In this document: positions 20,555 through 30,971 of the stretch, in pieces
Layout: every line of letters begins with the position of its first letter
Numbering within the stretch: position 1 is the first letter of the stretch
Origin: an uncultured delta proteobacterium
GTDB taxonomy: Bacteria > Myxococcota_A > Polyangia > Fen-1088
Direction of reading: 5' to 3'
Assembly: GCA_963767925.1 (NCBI GenBank)
Contig: CAVYGB010000013.1
Coordinates: 132,576-196,575 of the forward strand
Length of the DNA: 64,000 bases
Made by a program: the position numbers and the translations under genes
Notes under the pieces: model-generated
Told to the model about the DNA's origin: nothing
Seen by the model: the letters and a program-made list of their open reading frames with translations, nothing else
Database searches by the model: none

Positions 20555-21022
20555 ATGCCGCTGGCTCTCGACCGCAAGGACCTCGGCGCCGGCGCGTTGT
20601 TCCTCGGGTTCGGTCTGGCCACCGTGCTGCTGGGCCGTGACCTGCCGATGGGGACGGCCGTCCGCATGGGCCCGGGCTACTTTCCCACCGTGCTCGGCGT
20701 GCTGCTGGCGCTGATCGGCCTCGCCGTCCTGCTGCGTGCCCTCCTGCGCAAGCCGTCCCCGTCCCCGTCCTCGCCGCCCTTCGCCTGGAAGCCGCTGCTC
20801 CTCATCACCGGCGCCACCGCGCTGTTCGGCCTCCTCCTCCGGGGGGCCGGCCTGGCCCTCGCGACCGCCGCGCTCGTCCTCACCTCGGCCTGGGCGAGCC
20901 CCCGCTTCTCCTGGCGAGCGGCGGTGCCGCTGGCCCTGGCCGCGGCGGTCTTCTGCGCGCTGGTCTTCGTGCGGGCCCTCGGCGTGCCCATGCCCATCTT
21001 CGGTCACTGGTTCGGCAGCTAA
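20555..21022 (+). CDS. tctB: Tripartite tricarboxylate transporter small membrane subunit TctB
   Basis: MGTAVRMGPGYFP motif; four to five TM helices; located between tctC and tctA. Confidence 0.9.
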   Translation: MPLALDRKDLGAGALFLGFGLATVLLGRDLPMGTAVRMGPGYFPTVLGVLLALIGLAVLLRALLRKPSPSPSSPPFAWKPLLLITGATALFGLLLRGAGLALATAALVLTSAWASPRFSWRAAVPLALAAAVFCALVFVRALGVPMPIFGHWFGS

Positions 21023-21042
21023 AGGGACTGGGCGTCGATCGC

Positions 21043-22545
21043 GTGGACCTCCTCGCCAACCTGTCGCTGGGCCTGCAGACGGCGGTCACGCTGACCAACC
21101 TGACCGTCTGCTTCGCCGGCGTGTTGCTCGGCACGCTGGTGGGCGTCCTGCCCGGCCTGGGGCCGGTGGCCACCATCGCCATGTTGCTGCCCGCCACCTT
21201 CAACCTGCCGCCGGTCTCCGCCCTGATCATGCTGGCCGGCATCTATTACGGCGCGCAATACGGGGGCTCGACAACCGCCATCCTCATCAACCTGCCCGGC
21301 GAGTCCTCCTCGGTCGTCACCGCACTCGACGGTCATCAAATGGCCCGGCAGGGGCGCGCGGGCCTGGCCCTGGCCACCGCGGCCATCGCCTCCTTCGTGG
21401 CCGGCACCATCGCCACCCTGCTGCTGGCGCTGTCCGGGCCCGCCCTGGCCGAGGTCGCGCTGGCCTTCGGCCCCGCCGAATATTTCGCCCTCATGGTGCT
21501 GGGGCTGGTGGCCTCGATCGTGCTCGCTCAGGGATCGCTGCTCAAGGCGGTCGGCATGATCACCCTGGGCCTGCTGCTCGGGCTGTGCGGCACCGACGTC
21601 AACACCGGGGCCCCCCGCTTCACCTTCGGGGCCGCCGAGCTGGCCGAGGGGATCGGCTTCGTCGTGGTGGGGATGGGCGTGTTCGGGCTGGGCGAGATCG
21701 TGCGCAACCTGGAGGGCCCGGCCACCCGCCCCATCGTGATCGCCTCCGTCACTGGCCTTCTGCCCGGCCGGGAGGACTGGAAGCGCATCGTGGGCCCCAT
21801 CCTGCGCGGCACCGGGCTGGGGTCGCTGCTGGGGATCCTCCCGGGCGGAGGGGCCATGCTGGCCTCCTTCGCCGCCTACTCCCTGGAGAAGAAGCTGGCG
21901 CGCGAGCCGGGCCGGTTCGGCAAGGGCGCCATCGAGGGGGTGGCCGCGCCCGAGGCGGCCAACAACGCCGGCGCCCAGATGTCGTTCGTCCCGATGTTGA
22001 CCCTCGGGCTCCCCTCCAACCCGGTCATGGCGCTCATGATCGGGGCCCTCATCCTGCATGGGATCCAGCCCGGCCCCTCGGTCATGAGCGAGCAGCCGGC
22101 CCTGTTCTGGGGCGTGATCGTGTCGATGTGGATCGGCAACCTGCTGCTGGTGATCCTCAACCTGCCGCTGGTCGGCCTGTGGGCCCGCCTGGTGCGCGCG
22201 CCTTACCACCTGCTCTACCCGATCATCCTCGTGTTCTGCGCGGTCGGCGCCTTCAGCCTGAGCAACCGGGAGCTCGACGTCTTCCTGATGGCCGGCTTCG
22301 GCCTGCTCGGCTACCTGTTCGTCCGGCTCGAGTGCGAGCCGGCCCCGCTGTTGCTCGGCTTCATCCTGGGGCCGATGATGGAGGAGTACCTGCGGCGGGC
22401 GCTGCTCATCGCTCGCGGCGACGCCAGCGTGTTCGTGCGCCGGCCGATCAGCGCCGTGCTGCTGCTGGTGGCGCTGGTCGCGCTGCTGGGGGCCCTCGGC
22501 CCCCGCGCCCGGCGCGGCCGGGCGGTCGCCTTCCGGGCCGAATAG
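21043..22545 (+). CDS. tctA: Tripartite tricarboxylate transporter permease TctA
   Basis: GVLPGLG, IYYGAQYGGS, NLPGESSS, EGVAAPEAANNA, LGFILGPMME. Confidence 0.95.
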   Translation: MDLLANLSLGLQTAVTLTNLTVCFAGVLLGTLVGVLPGLGPVATIAMLLPATFNLPPVSALIMLAGIYYGAQYGGSTTAILINLPGESSSVVTALDGHQMARQGRAGLALATAAIASFVAGTIATLLLALSGPALAEVALAFGPAEYFALMVLGLVASIVLAQGSLLKAVGMITLGLLLGLCGTDVNTGAPRFTFGAAELAEGIGFVVVGMGVFGLGEIVRNLEGPATRPIVIASVTGLLPGREDWKRIVGPILRGTGLGSLLGILPGGGAMLASFAAYSLEKKLAREPGRFGKGAIEGVAAPEAANNAGAQMSFVPMLTLGLPSNPVMALMIGALILHGIQPGPSVMSEQPALFWGVIVSMWIGNLLLVILNLPLVGLWARLVRAPYHLLYPIILVFCAVGAFSLSNRELDVFLMAGFGLLGYLFVRLECEPAPLLLGFILGPMMEEYLRRALLIARGDASVFVRRPISAVLLLVALVALLGALGPRARRGRAVAFRAE

Positions 22546-22563
22546 CCACCCGCCGGTGGGCGA

Positions 22564-22854
22564 TCAGGGCGATTGGTCGGGGCTGCCCTCGCCCAGGGGC
22601 TCTTCCTGGGTCGAGACGTCGATGCTGATCAGCCGGTGCTCGTCGGGGTCGAGGCGCCAGTGGATGAACACCGGCTTCTCGGTGTTGCACACCCGGTAGA
22701 CCGCGTCGAAGTCGGAGGCGGGCAGGTTGGCGGTGAGAAAGCCGGTCGCCTGGTTGAGAAAACCGAGCTGGGACGGCGGCTTCTCCTGGAAGAACAGCGA
22801 GACGGAGGCGACCCCTTCGGTGGGGGTCTCATGCCCAGGGTGATCCAACGGCAT
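22564..22854 (-). CDS. Small hypothetical protein (true start possibly ATG 22909, with frameshifts)
   Basis: Globular-looking sequence (VYRVCNTEKPVFIHW...STQEEPLGEG); an AGGGAG RBS precedes an out-of-frame ATG at 22909. Confidence 0.5.
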   Translation of the reverse strand: MPLDHPGHETPTEGVASVSLFFQEKPPSQLGFLNQATGFLTANLPASDFDAVYRVCNTEKPVFIHWRLDPDEHRLISIDVSTQEEPLGEGSPDQSP

Positions 22855-23023
22855 GGTCCGGTCCTGGCCGAACGCACGATTCCACCTTGTAATTGAGGAT
22901 GGCTGGCATGAATGACTCTCCCTGCCGACATTTCCTCTCACGCGCCCCGACATGTCAATCGTGCCCGCCGTCCAGCCGCTGGTTCCCGCCGGGTGGTACG
23001 ATCCAGGGCACAGGGAGGTCCAG

Positions 23024-23368
23024 ATGATATTCAGGGCTCTCGTCCCGATCGCCCTCGCGGCCGGGCTGCTCGCCGCCGGCCCGGTCCAGGCCGCCGACCA
23101 GGCCGCCGTCGAGCGGCGGCAGGCCCAGATGAAGGCGCGCATCGACGCCCACGGCGCCGCCCTCGCCGCCCGCCAGGCGCAAGCCCGGGCCGAGCTCGCC
23201 GCGCGGGGCGCCGCCCTCGAGGCCCGCCGGCAGGTCGCCCGCCCGCGCCTCGCCGCCCACCAGGCCGCCGTCGATCGCACCCGCGCCGAGGTCCGCCAGG
23301 AGCTGGCCCGGCACAGCGCCGCCCAGGAGCAGCGCCGGGCGCGCGCCCGCGCCCAGCTCACCCGCTGA
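23024..23368 (+). CDS. Small secreted Ala/Arg/Gln-rich helical protein
   Basis: TGGTACGAT extended -10, GGGAGG RBS, signal peptide ending VQA-A, coiled-coil-like mature region. Confidence 0.65.
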   Translation: MIFRALVPIALAAGLLAAGPVQAADQAAVERRQAQMKARIDAHGAALAARQAQARAELAARGAALEARRQVARPRLAAHQAAVDRTRAEVRQELARHSAAQEQRRARARAQLTR

Positions 23369-23570
23369 GCGATCGAGCTGTCACGAGACGTGACAGGCCC
23401 CTCGGCCCCCGCCGACCCTCTCGCCCGGCGGAGCGCCCCGCGCTCTCGGGGGCCCTGTGGGGACCTGGGAGGCCGCGCTGGCCGCGCCGCCGGCAGCTTC
23501 GCGGCCACACCGCTGTCGCCTCGCCGGCGCCGATCGGGCATCATGCTGACTTCGCCAACGAGAGACACGG

Positions 23571-24131
23571 ATGAGGATCGCGCCGGCAGCTTTCGAGGGG
23601 GTCTTTCTGCTCGACATCGAGCCACGGGAGGACGAACGCGGGTTCCTGGCCCGCACCTTCAGCAGCGAGGAGCTAGGCGCCTTCGGCATGCAGACCCAGG
23701 TCGCGCAGGCTCAGATCTCGCTGACCGCCCGCCAGGGGACCGTGCGGGGCCTGTATTTCCACCGCGCCTCGGCCCGCACCACCCAGTCCGGCCAGCCTCC
23801 CGCCGACACGCGGCTGGTGCGCTGCACGCACGGCCGGGTCTTCGACGTCGTCGTCGACCTCCGCCCCGGCTCGCCGACCTTCAAGCGCTGGGACGCCATC
23901 GAGCTGTCGGCGGCCAACCACCGCTCGCTCTACATCCCCGGGGGCTTCGCCCACGGCTACCAGACGCTGAGCGAGGGGGTGGAGCTACTCTATCTGCTGG
24001 GAGGCTCGTACCCGCCCGAGCCCACCAGCGGCTTCCGCTACGACGACCCGGCCTTCGCCATCCCCTGGCCCGAGCCGGTCACCCTCGTCTCGCCGGCCGA
24101 CCTGGCCTTCCCGACCTTCGAGGCGAGCTGA
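23571..24131 (+). CDS. dTDP-4-dehydrorhamnose 3,5-epimerase family (RmlC/RfbC-like), divergent active site
   Basis: DERGF..RTF, GTVRGL, LVRCT.G.VFDVVVDLRPGSPTF, LYIP.GFAHGYQTL, RYDDP.F.I.WP. Confidence 0.85.
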   Translation: MRIAPAAFEGVFLLDIEPREDERGFLARTFSSEELGAFGMQTQVAQAQISLTARQGTVRGLYFHRASARTTQSGQPPADTRLVRCTHGRVFDVVVDLRPGSPTFKRWDAIELSAANHRSLYIPGGFAHGYQTLSEGVELLYLLGGSYPPEPTSGFRYDDPAFAIPWPEPVTLVSPADLAFPTFEAS

Positions 24132-24134
24132 TCC

Positions 24135-26486
24135 TCAGGGCGCGGCCGGCGGCTGCGCGGCCGGCGGCTGCTCCGGCGGCGGCTGCTCCGGTGGCGACCC
24201 GGGGGGGGGCTGGGGCGGCACGGCGTCGAGCTCGCTCAAGGCCTGCTCCAGCTCGGTGGTGAGGGCCTCGGGGATCTCGCGCTCGCCGTAGCGGGCCGCG
24301 CCGTAGTGCTCGCTGAGCTGGCTGAGGGCGGCGTGCCCGGGCAGCGCCGCCGCCTTCAGGCGGGCGGCGAACTCGCGCGGCGTCTCGTCGGGCGCCCGGG
24401 TCCAGCCCCGCCGGGCCAGCCGGGTGAGGGTGCTCTGGTACAGGCGGTAGATGCGCGGCCCCCCGTGGCGCGTTCCGCGGGAGGTCCGGGTGAACGGGTT
24501 GGCCAGGCGCAGGCGCCCGCGCAGGAAGCGGACCAGCAGGTAGAGCAGGGTGGCTCCCCCGGCCGCGCCCAGCATCCAGCGCAGGATGCGCTTGGTCTCG
24601 CGCAGGTCGAAGCTGGCCTGCCCCACGCCCACGCCGCGGCCGATGCGGCGGGCGATGTCGATCTGCCGGCTGACGTCGTAGTCGATCACCCAGCGCGACC
24701 AGAAGAACTCCACCGAATCGAAGAGCTGGCGCACCCGCCCCATGCGCGAGCCGCGCCCCGCCGAGGGGGTGGCGTCGATGCGCACCCAGCCGGCCGGGCC
24801 GATGTAGGCCTCGACCCAGGAGTGGGCCCGGTTGTCGCGCACGGTGAGGTACTTGCTGATGCCGTTCCACTCGCCCCCGAGGAAGCCGTTGACGTAGCGG
24901 CTGGGCACCCCCGACAGGCGCAGCAAGACCGCCGCCGCCGAGGCGAAATATTCGCAGTGGCCCGCCCGCTGATTGAAGATGAAGTCCTCCAGGGGGTCGG
25001 CGATGCGTTTGTCCCGCTTGAGATCGGTGGTGTATTCGTGGGTCTTCTGCAGCCACTCGATGATGGCGAGCGCCTTGGCCATGGGCCCCGGCTTCCCCTC
25101 GGTGATCCGGCGGGCCAGCTCGCCCATCCGGGGGGACAGGGTGGGGGGCACCACCAGGTAGTTGTCGAGCCGGTTGCCGTCGGCCTGCAGCTCGGCGAGG
25201 GCCCGCCCGCGCCGGAACAGCGCCCGGCCACTGGGCAGCCGGGAGTAGGCGAAGTAGCGGGCCCCGGCGAAGTCGGTGACCCCCGAGCCGGGCGACGATC
25301 CGACCACCCGGGTCTGGCGCAGGCCCACCTCGCCGCCGTAGCGCTTGTCCATGGTCAGCTTGGTGAAGGCGCCGGGCGCGGGCGGGGGGACCCGGAAGGC
25401 CAGCGGCTCGTCGAGGGCGAAGGCCACCGGGTGCGACAGGCCCACCACGTTGATCTCCTGCTCCTCGAGGCCGGCGAGCTGGCGCTCCGAGCCCAGCCGG
25501 CGCAGGTCGTCCGGCGCCTCCGGGCTGCGCACCAGGTAGAGATCGCTGCCGTCCGAGGAGCCCGGCTCGTCGAGGATGGTGAGGCTGCCCCGGTTGCGCG
25601 AGCGCAGCCACTGCCCGTTGCTGTAGGTGTCGTAGACCGTGCCCCTCCAGTAGAGCAGCCCGATGGCGTTGTCCCGGGCGCCCTCCTCCTCGATCGTCTC
25701 CAGGCGGGGGACCCGCACCCACAACACGACGGTCTGGTTCTCGTTGGAGATGAGGCCGTGGTGGCCCAGCGTCACCTCGTCGGAGAAGCCCACGATGTTG
25801 ACTCGGCGGCGCAGGCCTCCCGAGAGGAAGCCGATGCCGACCCGGGGGATCACGGCGAACACCATGATCGCCCCCACGAACACGCCCACCGCCATCAGCC
25901 CGGTGGCCAGGAAAAACGGCCGCCCCACCACCCGCCGCGAGTTGAGCACCCGCGCCGCCGTCACCTTCTCCGAGCCGGCCTCGGGCAGGTGCTTGATGAG
26001 GTAGTTGTCCTCGATCTCGCGCCGCAGGTGAAACAGGATCAGCGTCCAGGTGGCGAGGATGACGTAGGTGACGAACCCGAACACGAAGACGATGCTCTGG
26101 GCGAGCCAGGCCGCCGCCAGCACCACCAGGAACGACAGGATGTAGATCTGGAGGTAGTCGCGGTTGTTGCGCCGGTGGAACAGCTTGTAGCCGAGCAGGA
26201 AGAGGACGACGTTGAGGATGGGGGTCAGCTCGGGCTCGGGGAAGCTGTCGATCACCTCGAACAGCGACAGCCCGAAGAAGGCCAGGGCCAGCACGTTGAA
26301 CACCAGCCCGGCCTTGTCGAGGAGCTGACCCATGGTGGTGCCGGCCTCGACGAACCAGGAGAGGGCGCCCAGCACGAACAGCAGGATCCAGGTGGTGGCG
26401 GGGACGCTGCCGGTGGCCATCAGCGTGCCGAGGGCCGCCGCCGCCAGCAGGTACGACATCAGCTTGTGGACCGCCCGGAACCTCAT
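24135..26486 (-). CDS. DUF3488 / transglutaminase-like membrane protein (TgpA family)
   Basis: N-terminal TM region; LYWRG..YD; catalytic GHCEYFAS, AHSWVE, W..IDATP; DUF4129-like ETPREFA...Y..ARYG. Confidence 0.9.
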   Translation of the reverse strand: MRFRAVHKLMSYLLAAAALGTLMATGSVPATTWILLFVLGALSWFVEAGTTMGQLLDKAGLVFNVLALAFFGLSLFEVIDSFPEPELTPILNVVLFLLGYKLFHRRNNRDYLQIYILSFLVVLAAAWLAQSIVFVFGFVTYVILATWTLILFHLRREIEDNYLIKHLPEAGSEKVTAARVLNSRRVVGRPFFLATGLMAVGVFVGAIMVFAVIPRVGIGFLSGGLRRRVNIVGFSDEVTLGHHGLISNENQTVVLWVRVPRLETIEEEGARDNAIGLLYWRGTVYDTYSNGQWLRSRNRGSLTILDEPGSSDGSDLYLVRSPEAPDDLRRLGSERQLAGLEEQEINVVGLSHPVAFALDEPLAFRVPPPAPGAFTKLTMDKRYGGEVGLRQTRVVGSSPGSGVTDFAGARYFAYSRLPSGRALFRRGRALAELQADGNRLDNYLVVPPTLSPRMGELARRITEGKPGPMAKALAIIEWLQKTHEYTTDLKRDKRIADPLEDFIFNQRAGHCEYFASAAAVLLRLSGVPSRYVNGFLGGEWNGISKYLTVRDNRAHSWVEAYIGPAGWVRIDATPSAGRGSRMGRVRQLFDSVEFFWSRWVIDYDVSRQIDIARRIGRGVGVGQASFDLRETKRILRWMLGAAGGATLLYLLVRFLRGRLRLANPFTRTSRGTRHGGPRIYRLYQSTLTRLARRGWTRAPDETPREFAARLKAAALPGHAALSQLSEHYGAARYGEREIPEALTTELEQALSELDAVPPQPPPGSPPEQPPPEQPPAAQPPAAP

Positions 26487-27526
26487 GCGCTCTTGCGCGC
26501 GCCTCCGCCGCCGAGGGTCTCGACCGTCGGTCCGCCCGCGCCTCCGCCCGGGCGCACGTGCACCCGGGCCAGGTTGCGGGTGGCCGCGCCGGGCAGGGGG
26601 CGGGCGGTCCCATTTTGCACCAGGGCCAGCGAGGAGAGGATCTGGTGGGCCTGCAAGGCGCCTCCGGCCGGTGGGATGAAGGCGCCGCCGGCGGCGAGCG
26701 CCACCTGGAACCCACGCTTGATGAGCTGCACCGCGATCGAGGCGGCCATCGACACCGCCGCCTCGAACCCGGCCGGATCGGCCCGGGCGTCGTCGTCCAG
26801 CACCACCACCACGCTGCGGCTGCTCTCGTCCTCCGACTCGCGGATGAAGTAGCGGCCCCGCCGGGCCGAGACCCGCCAGTGGATGTCGCGGGGGTCATCG
26901 CCCGTGCGGTACTCGCGCAGGCCGTAAAACTCGCCCCGCCGGTTGAGGCTCTTGGTCTGCTTGCGGCCGTGTTCGACCCGCCGGCCGAAGATCAGGTGGT
27001 CGGCCACCGGCACAAGCGCGGGGAAGACCAGCAGGCGGGCGGGCGCGTCCACGTCGCGCGACTTGCGGATGAGGCCGAAGGGAAAGCGGGTCGACAGCCG
27101 GAACCCGGTCAGCTCGTGGTACCCCCGCTGGGGCAAGATGTTGCGGTAGGCCGTCTCCTGCACGCGTCCCGCGGGCAGCTTGAGGTAATAGCAGCGCCGG
27201 TCGACCGGGCGCCCCGCCACCAGGTCCTCCACCTCGAGCGAGAAGGTCGGCAGGCGGCCCTTGTTGTTGCGCACGGCGATCCCCATCAGGTAGGGGGTGC
27301 CGGCGTGGATGGCGGCCGGTGGCCGGCGGGTCACCTCCAGCCCGCGCAGGCACAGCTCGGAGAGCACGCCGCTGGCCAGGATGAGGAAGATCATCATCCC
27401 GAACACGAGGAACAGCAGGTTGATGCCGCCGTTGACCGCGGCCGCGCCGACCAGCAGCGTGGCCAGCAGGAACCACCAGCCCTCGCGCGTCGGAGGGAAC
27501 CGTCGCGGGAAGCGGTACCGAGCCAT
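26483..27526 (-). CDS. DUF58 domain protein
   Basis: PTREGW, RFPFGL, EFYGLREYR.GDD.RDIHW..SAR, FE.AVS.AASI. Confidence 0.9.
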   Translation of the reverse strand: MARYRFPRRFPPTREGWWFLLATLLVGAAAVNGGINLLFLVFGMMIFLILASGVLSELCLRGLEVTRRPPAAIHAGTPYLMGIAVRNNKGRLPTFSLEVEDLVAGRPVDRRCYYLKLPAGRVQETAYRNILPQRGYHELTGFRLSTRFPFGLIRKSRDVDAPARLLVFPALVPVADHLIFGRRVEHGRKQTKSLNRRGEFYGLREYRTGDDPRDIHWRVSARRGRYFIRESEDESSRSVVVVLDDDARADPAGFEAAVSMAASIAVQLIKRGFQVALAAGGAFIPPAGGALQAHQILSSLALVQNGTARPLPGAATRNLARVHVRPGGGAGGPTVETLGGGGARKSA

Positions 27527-27539
27527 GGCCCCGCCCGTT

Positions 27540-28517
<978 letters not shown>

Positions 28518-28525
28518 TTGACCAA

Positions 28526-28534
28526 ATTATAACA
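28526..28534 (-). promoter_or_regulatory. Extended -10 promoter of the moxR operon (probably leaderless mRNA)
   Basis: TGTTATAAT ends 8 nt before the moxR ATG, with no Shine-Dalgarno in between. Confidence 0.6.
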
Positions 28535-28623
28535 GGAGGAGACGTAGCCCGGCACACCGGCGGCAGCGTCATTGCGGGTGTCATCTATGTGACGGTGCGG
28601 GCCAGCGCGCGCCGGAAGAACGC

Positions 28624-28676
28624 CGGGCGTACGTCGGGCGTACGTCGGGCGCACGTCGGGCGCACGTCGGGCGCGC
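28624..28676. repeat. Tandem repeat, 11-bp unit CGGGCGYACGT x ~4.8
   Basis: cgggcgtacgt cgggcgtacgt cgggcgcacgt cgggcgcacgt cgggcgcgc in the divergent moxR / cyclase intergenic region. Confidence 0.9.
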
Positions 28677-28848
28677 CCGGCGGCGGCCTCCCGGTCGATT
28701 CCCTTCATATAAAGGGTGAGATCCCGTCGGGCCGGGGCCGAGGATTCTCGCGACGCTCAGCTCGGGCTACATCCCTTCCGTTGCCGCTCGTTGGTGGGTG
28801 GGTGTGGTGCGGGCGCGGGCGGGCGCGCCGGTGTGCTAGAGGGAGGCG

Positions 28849-30756
28849 ATGTCGATCCTCGCCGTCGTCGCCGCGTGGGCCGACGATCCGGCGCGCCGCG
28901 ATCGGGCCCGCCGCATGATCGAGCCGCTGGCCGAGCGGGCTCCCGACGGCCGGGCCAGCGTCGAGGCTCCCGGCGCGGCGCTCGCCTTCGGCAAGCTCGT
29001 CGTCTCGCGCCGGCAGGGGCACGCCGCCCAGCCGCTCAGCGACGCGGCCGCCGGCCTTTACCTCGTCGCCGACGTGCGCATCGACAACCGCGACGAGCTC
29101 CGCCCGACGCTGGGGTTGCCCGCCGCCGCCACCGACGCCGAGCTCGTGCTGGCCGGCTACCGCCAGTGGGGCGTGGCCCTGCCCGATCACCTGGTCGGCG
29201 ACTTCGCCTTCGCCGTGTGGGACGCCCGGGCCCGCCGCCTGTTCGCCGCCCGCGATCCCTTCGGCGTGCGCCCGCTTTATTACCGCCGCCTGCCCGATGG
29301 GGCGCTGCTCGTCGCCTCCGACGTCGAGTCGATCCTGGCCGTCGATCCCGGCGCCTGGAAGGTCGACGACCAGGCGGTGATCGACCACCTGCTGTCGGCC
29401 TGGCCCAGCCCCGAGCGGACCTTCTGGGAGCCGATCCGGGCGCTGCCCGCCGGCCATGCGCTGCTGGCCAGCGCCGCTGACTGCCAGGTGCAGCGCTGGT
29501 GGCGCCCGCCCGCCGTGCCCGCGATCCTCGCCGACCACGAGACCTGTTACCGGGAGCTGCGCCGCCGCCTGCGCCAGGCGGTGGCCGACCGCCTCGACGC
29601 CGACCACCCGGTCCTCGTCCACCTCAGCGGCGGCTTCGACTCGACCGCCATCGCCACCCTGGCCGGCACGATCGAGGCCCGGGCGCCCCTGCGCGCGGTC
29701 GGCGCCGTCTACCCCGGCCTGGGCTGCGACGAGTCCCTCTACATGGACGCGGTCCGGGCGCGCCTGCCGTACCCCACCGAATACTGGGACGGCACCCGCC
29801 CGCTGTCCCTCGATCTGGACGCGCCCGCGCTGGCCGGGCCCGGCCTGCGCACCTGCCTCAACGACGGCACCCGGGGGGATCAGGAGATCGCCCGCAGGGA
29901 AGGAGCGCGGGCGGTGCTCTCCGGTCTGGGCGGCGACGTCTGGCAGCCCTGCAACGAGAGCCAGCGAGACTACCTGCGCCGGGGCCACTGGCGGCAGCTC
30001 TGGCAAGCGGCGTTCATGCGCCCCGGAATGTCCTGGGGAGGCAGGGCGCGGGTGCTGCGCTGGTCGCTCGGTCAGGAGACGCCGGAGGCGATCCGCGCGC
30101 TCGGCCGCCGCCTCCGCCGCCGGGCGCCCGCCGCGGCCCCGCCCTGGCTGGCGCGGCCAGCCACGCGCGATCCGCTGCCCCCCGCGCCCGAAGCGCAGGC
30201 CCTGGCGCGCTCACACGGGCTGGCCCAGGCCCGCCGCCTGCTCGATCTCGGCGGGCCGCGGCCGGTGCACGCGCTCGCGCGGATGCAGGTCGTCGCGGCG
30301 GCCAACCAGGTCGAGATGCGCTTTCCCTTCCTCGACGTGCGCCTGGTCGACCTGCTGTGGCGGCTGCCCCTCACCATCTGGGGCCCACCCGGATACCCGG
30401 CGCGCCTCCACCCCCTGGTGCTGCGCGACCTGCTGCCCCCCGAGGTGACGTCGCGCCGCTGGAAGACGGATTTCTCGGCCGCGCTGGCCGCCCGGGCCGC
30501 GCTGGCCTGGCGGGCGCTGCGGGCCCGCTCCGACCCGCCCGGTCACCTTCTCCTCGAACGCTACTGCCGGGGCTCCCACATCGCCGCGCTCGCCGGCGCC
30601 GACCTGCCGCAATCGCCGCTAAAAGCCGATCGCTGGAGCGAGATCTGGCGCCTGGCCGTCCTTGAGGCCTGGCTGGAGATGGTCTATGGTCAGGCCCGCA
30701 GTCGCCTAACTTCGAGGGGGGAACATGGACACTGGCCCGAAAGCAACAATCGTTGA
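28849..30756 (+). CDS. Lasso peptide cyclase (asparagine synthetase-like, C protein)
   Basis: RIDNR.EL, L.GDFAF..WD, ARD.FG.RPLYY, HLSGGFDST, LSG.GGD, R.PFLD. Begins MSI rather than the MCG of glutamine-hydrolysing AsnB. GGGAGG RBS; adjacent to precursor, B2 and RRE genes. Confidence 0.88.
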   Translation: MSILAVVAAWADDPARRDRARRMIEPLAERAPDGRASVEAPGAALAFGKLVVSRRQGHAAQPLSDAAAGLYLVADVRIDNRDELRPTLGLPAAATDAELVLAGYRQWGVALPDHLVGDFAFAVWDARARRLFAARDPFGVRPLYYRRLPDGALLVASDVESILAVDPGAWKVDDQAVIDHLLSAWPSPERTFWEPIRALPAGHALLASAADCQVQRWWRPPAVPAILADHETCYRELRRRLRQAVADRLDADHPVLVHLSGGFDSTAIATLAGTIEARAPLRAVGAVYPGLGCDESLYMDAVRARLPYPTEYWDGTRPLSLDLDAPALAGPGLRTCLNDGTRGDQEIARREGARAVLSGLGGDVWQPCNESQRDYLRRGHWRQLWQAAFMRPGMSWGGRARVLRWSLGQETPEAIRALGRRLRRRAPAAAPPWLARPATRDPLPPAPEAQALARSHGLAQARRLLDLGGPRPVHALARMQVVAAANQVEMRFPFLDVRLVDLLWRLPLTIWGPPGYPARLHPLVLRDLLPPEVTSRRWKTDFSAALAARAALAWRALRARSDPPGHLLLERYCRGSHIAALAGADLPQSPLKADRWSEIWRLAVLEAWLEMVYGQARSRLTSRGEHGHWPESNNR

Positions 30757-30937
30757 GCCTGGCGAGGGTCAGCCGGCCCCGGCCTCGATCCCGTACGAGC
30801 CGCCGGCCGTCGTCCCGCTCGGCAACGTGCACGAGCTGCTCGCGGGCGCCGGCAGCCGGACCTTCGACGCCATGATGGACACCCCGTCCTGCGGGACCTC
30901 GGGCGGCCGGTTCGACAACCCCCAGATGGGTTGCTAG
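30725..30937 (+). CDS. Lasso peptide precursor (A); predicted core GAGSRTFDAMMDTPSCGTSGGRFDNPQMGC
   Basis: GAGGGGG RBS. Leader Y(-17)xxP(-14)xV(-12)xxxG(-8) has exact lasso spacing; core starts Gly1 with Asp at position 8; gene lies between cyclase and B2 protease. Confidence 0.85.
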   Translation: MDTGPKATIVEPGEGQPAPASIPYEPPAVVPLGNVHELLAGAGSRTFDAMMDTPSCGTSGGRFDNPQMGC

Positions 30938-30971
30938 CGGGGGGCCCGGGCTGCTCCCCGGCGCGACCCGC

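Noticed and set aside
28849-30756. Housekeeping asparagine synthetase AsnB
   Set aside because: Lacks the N-terminal catalytic Cys and is flanked by precursor, B2 and RRE genes, so lasso cyclase is the better call.
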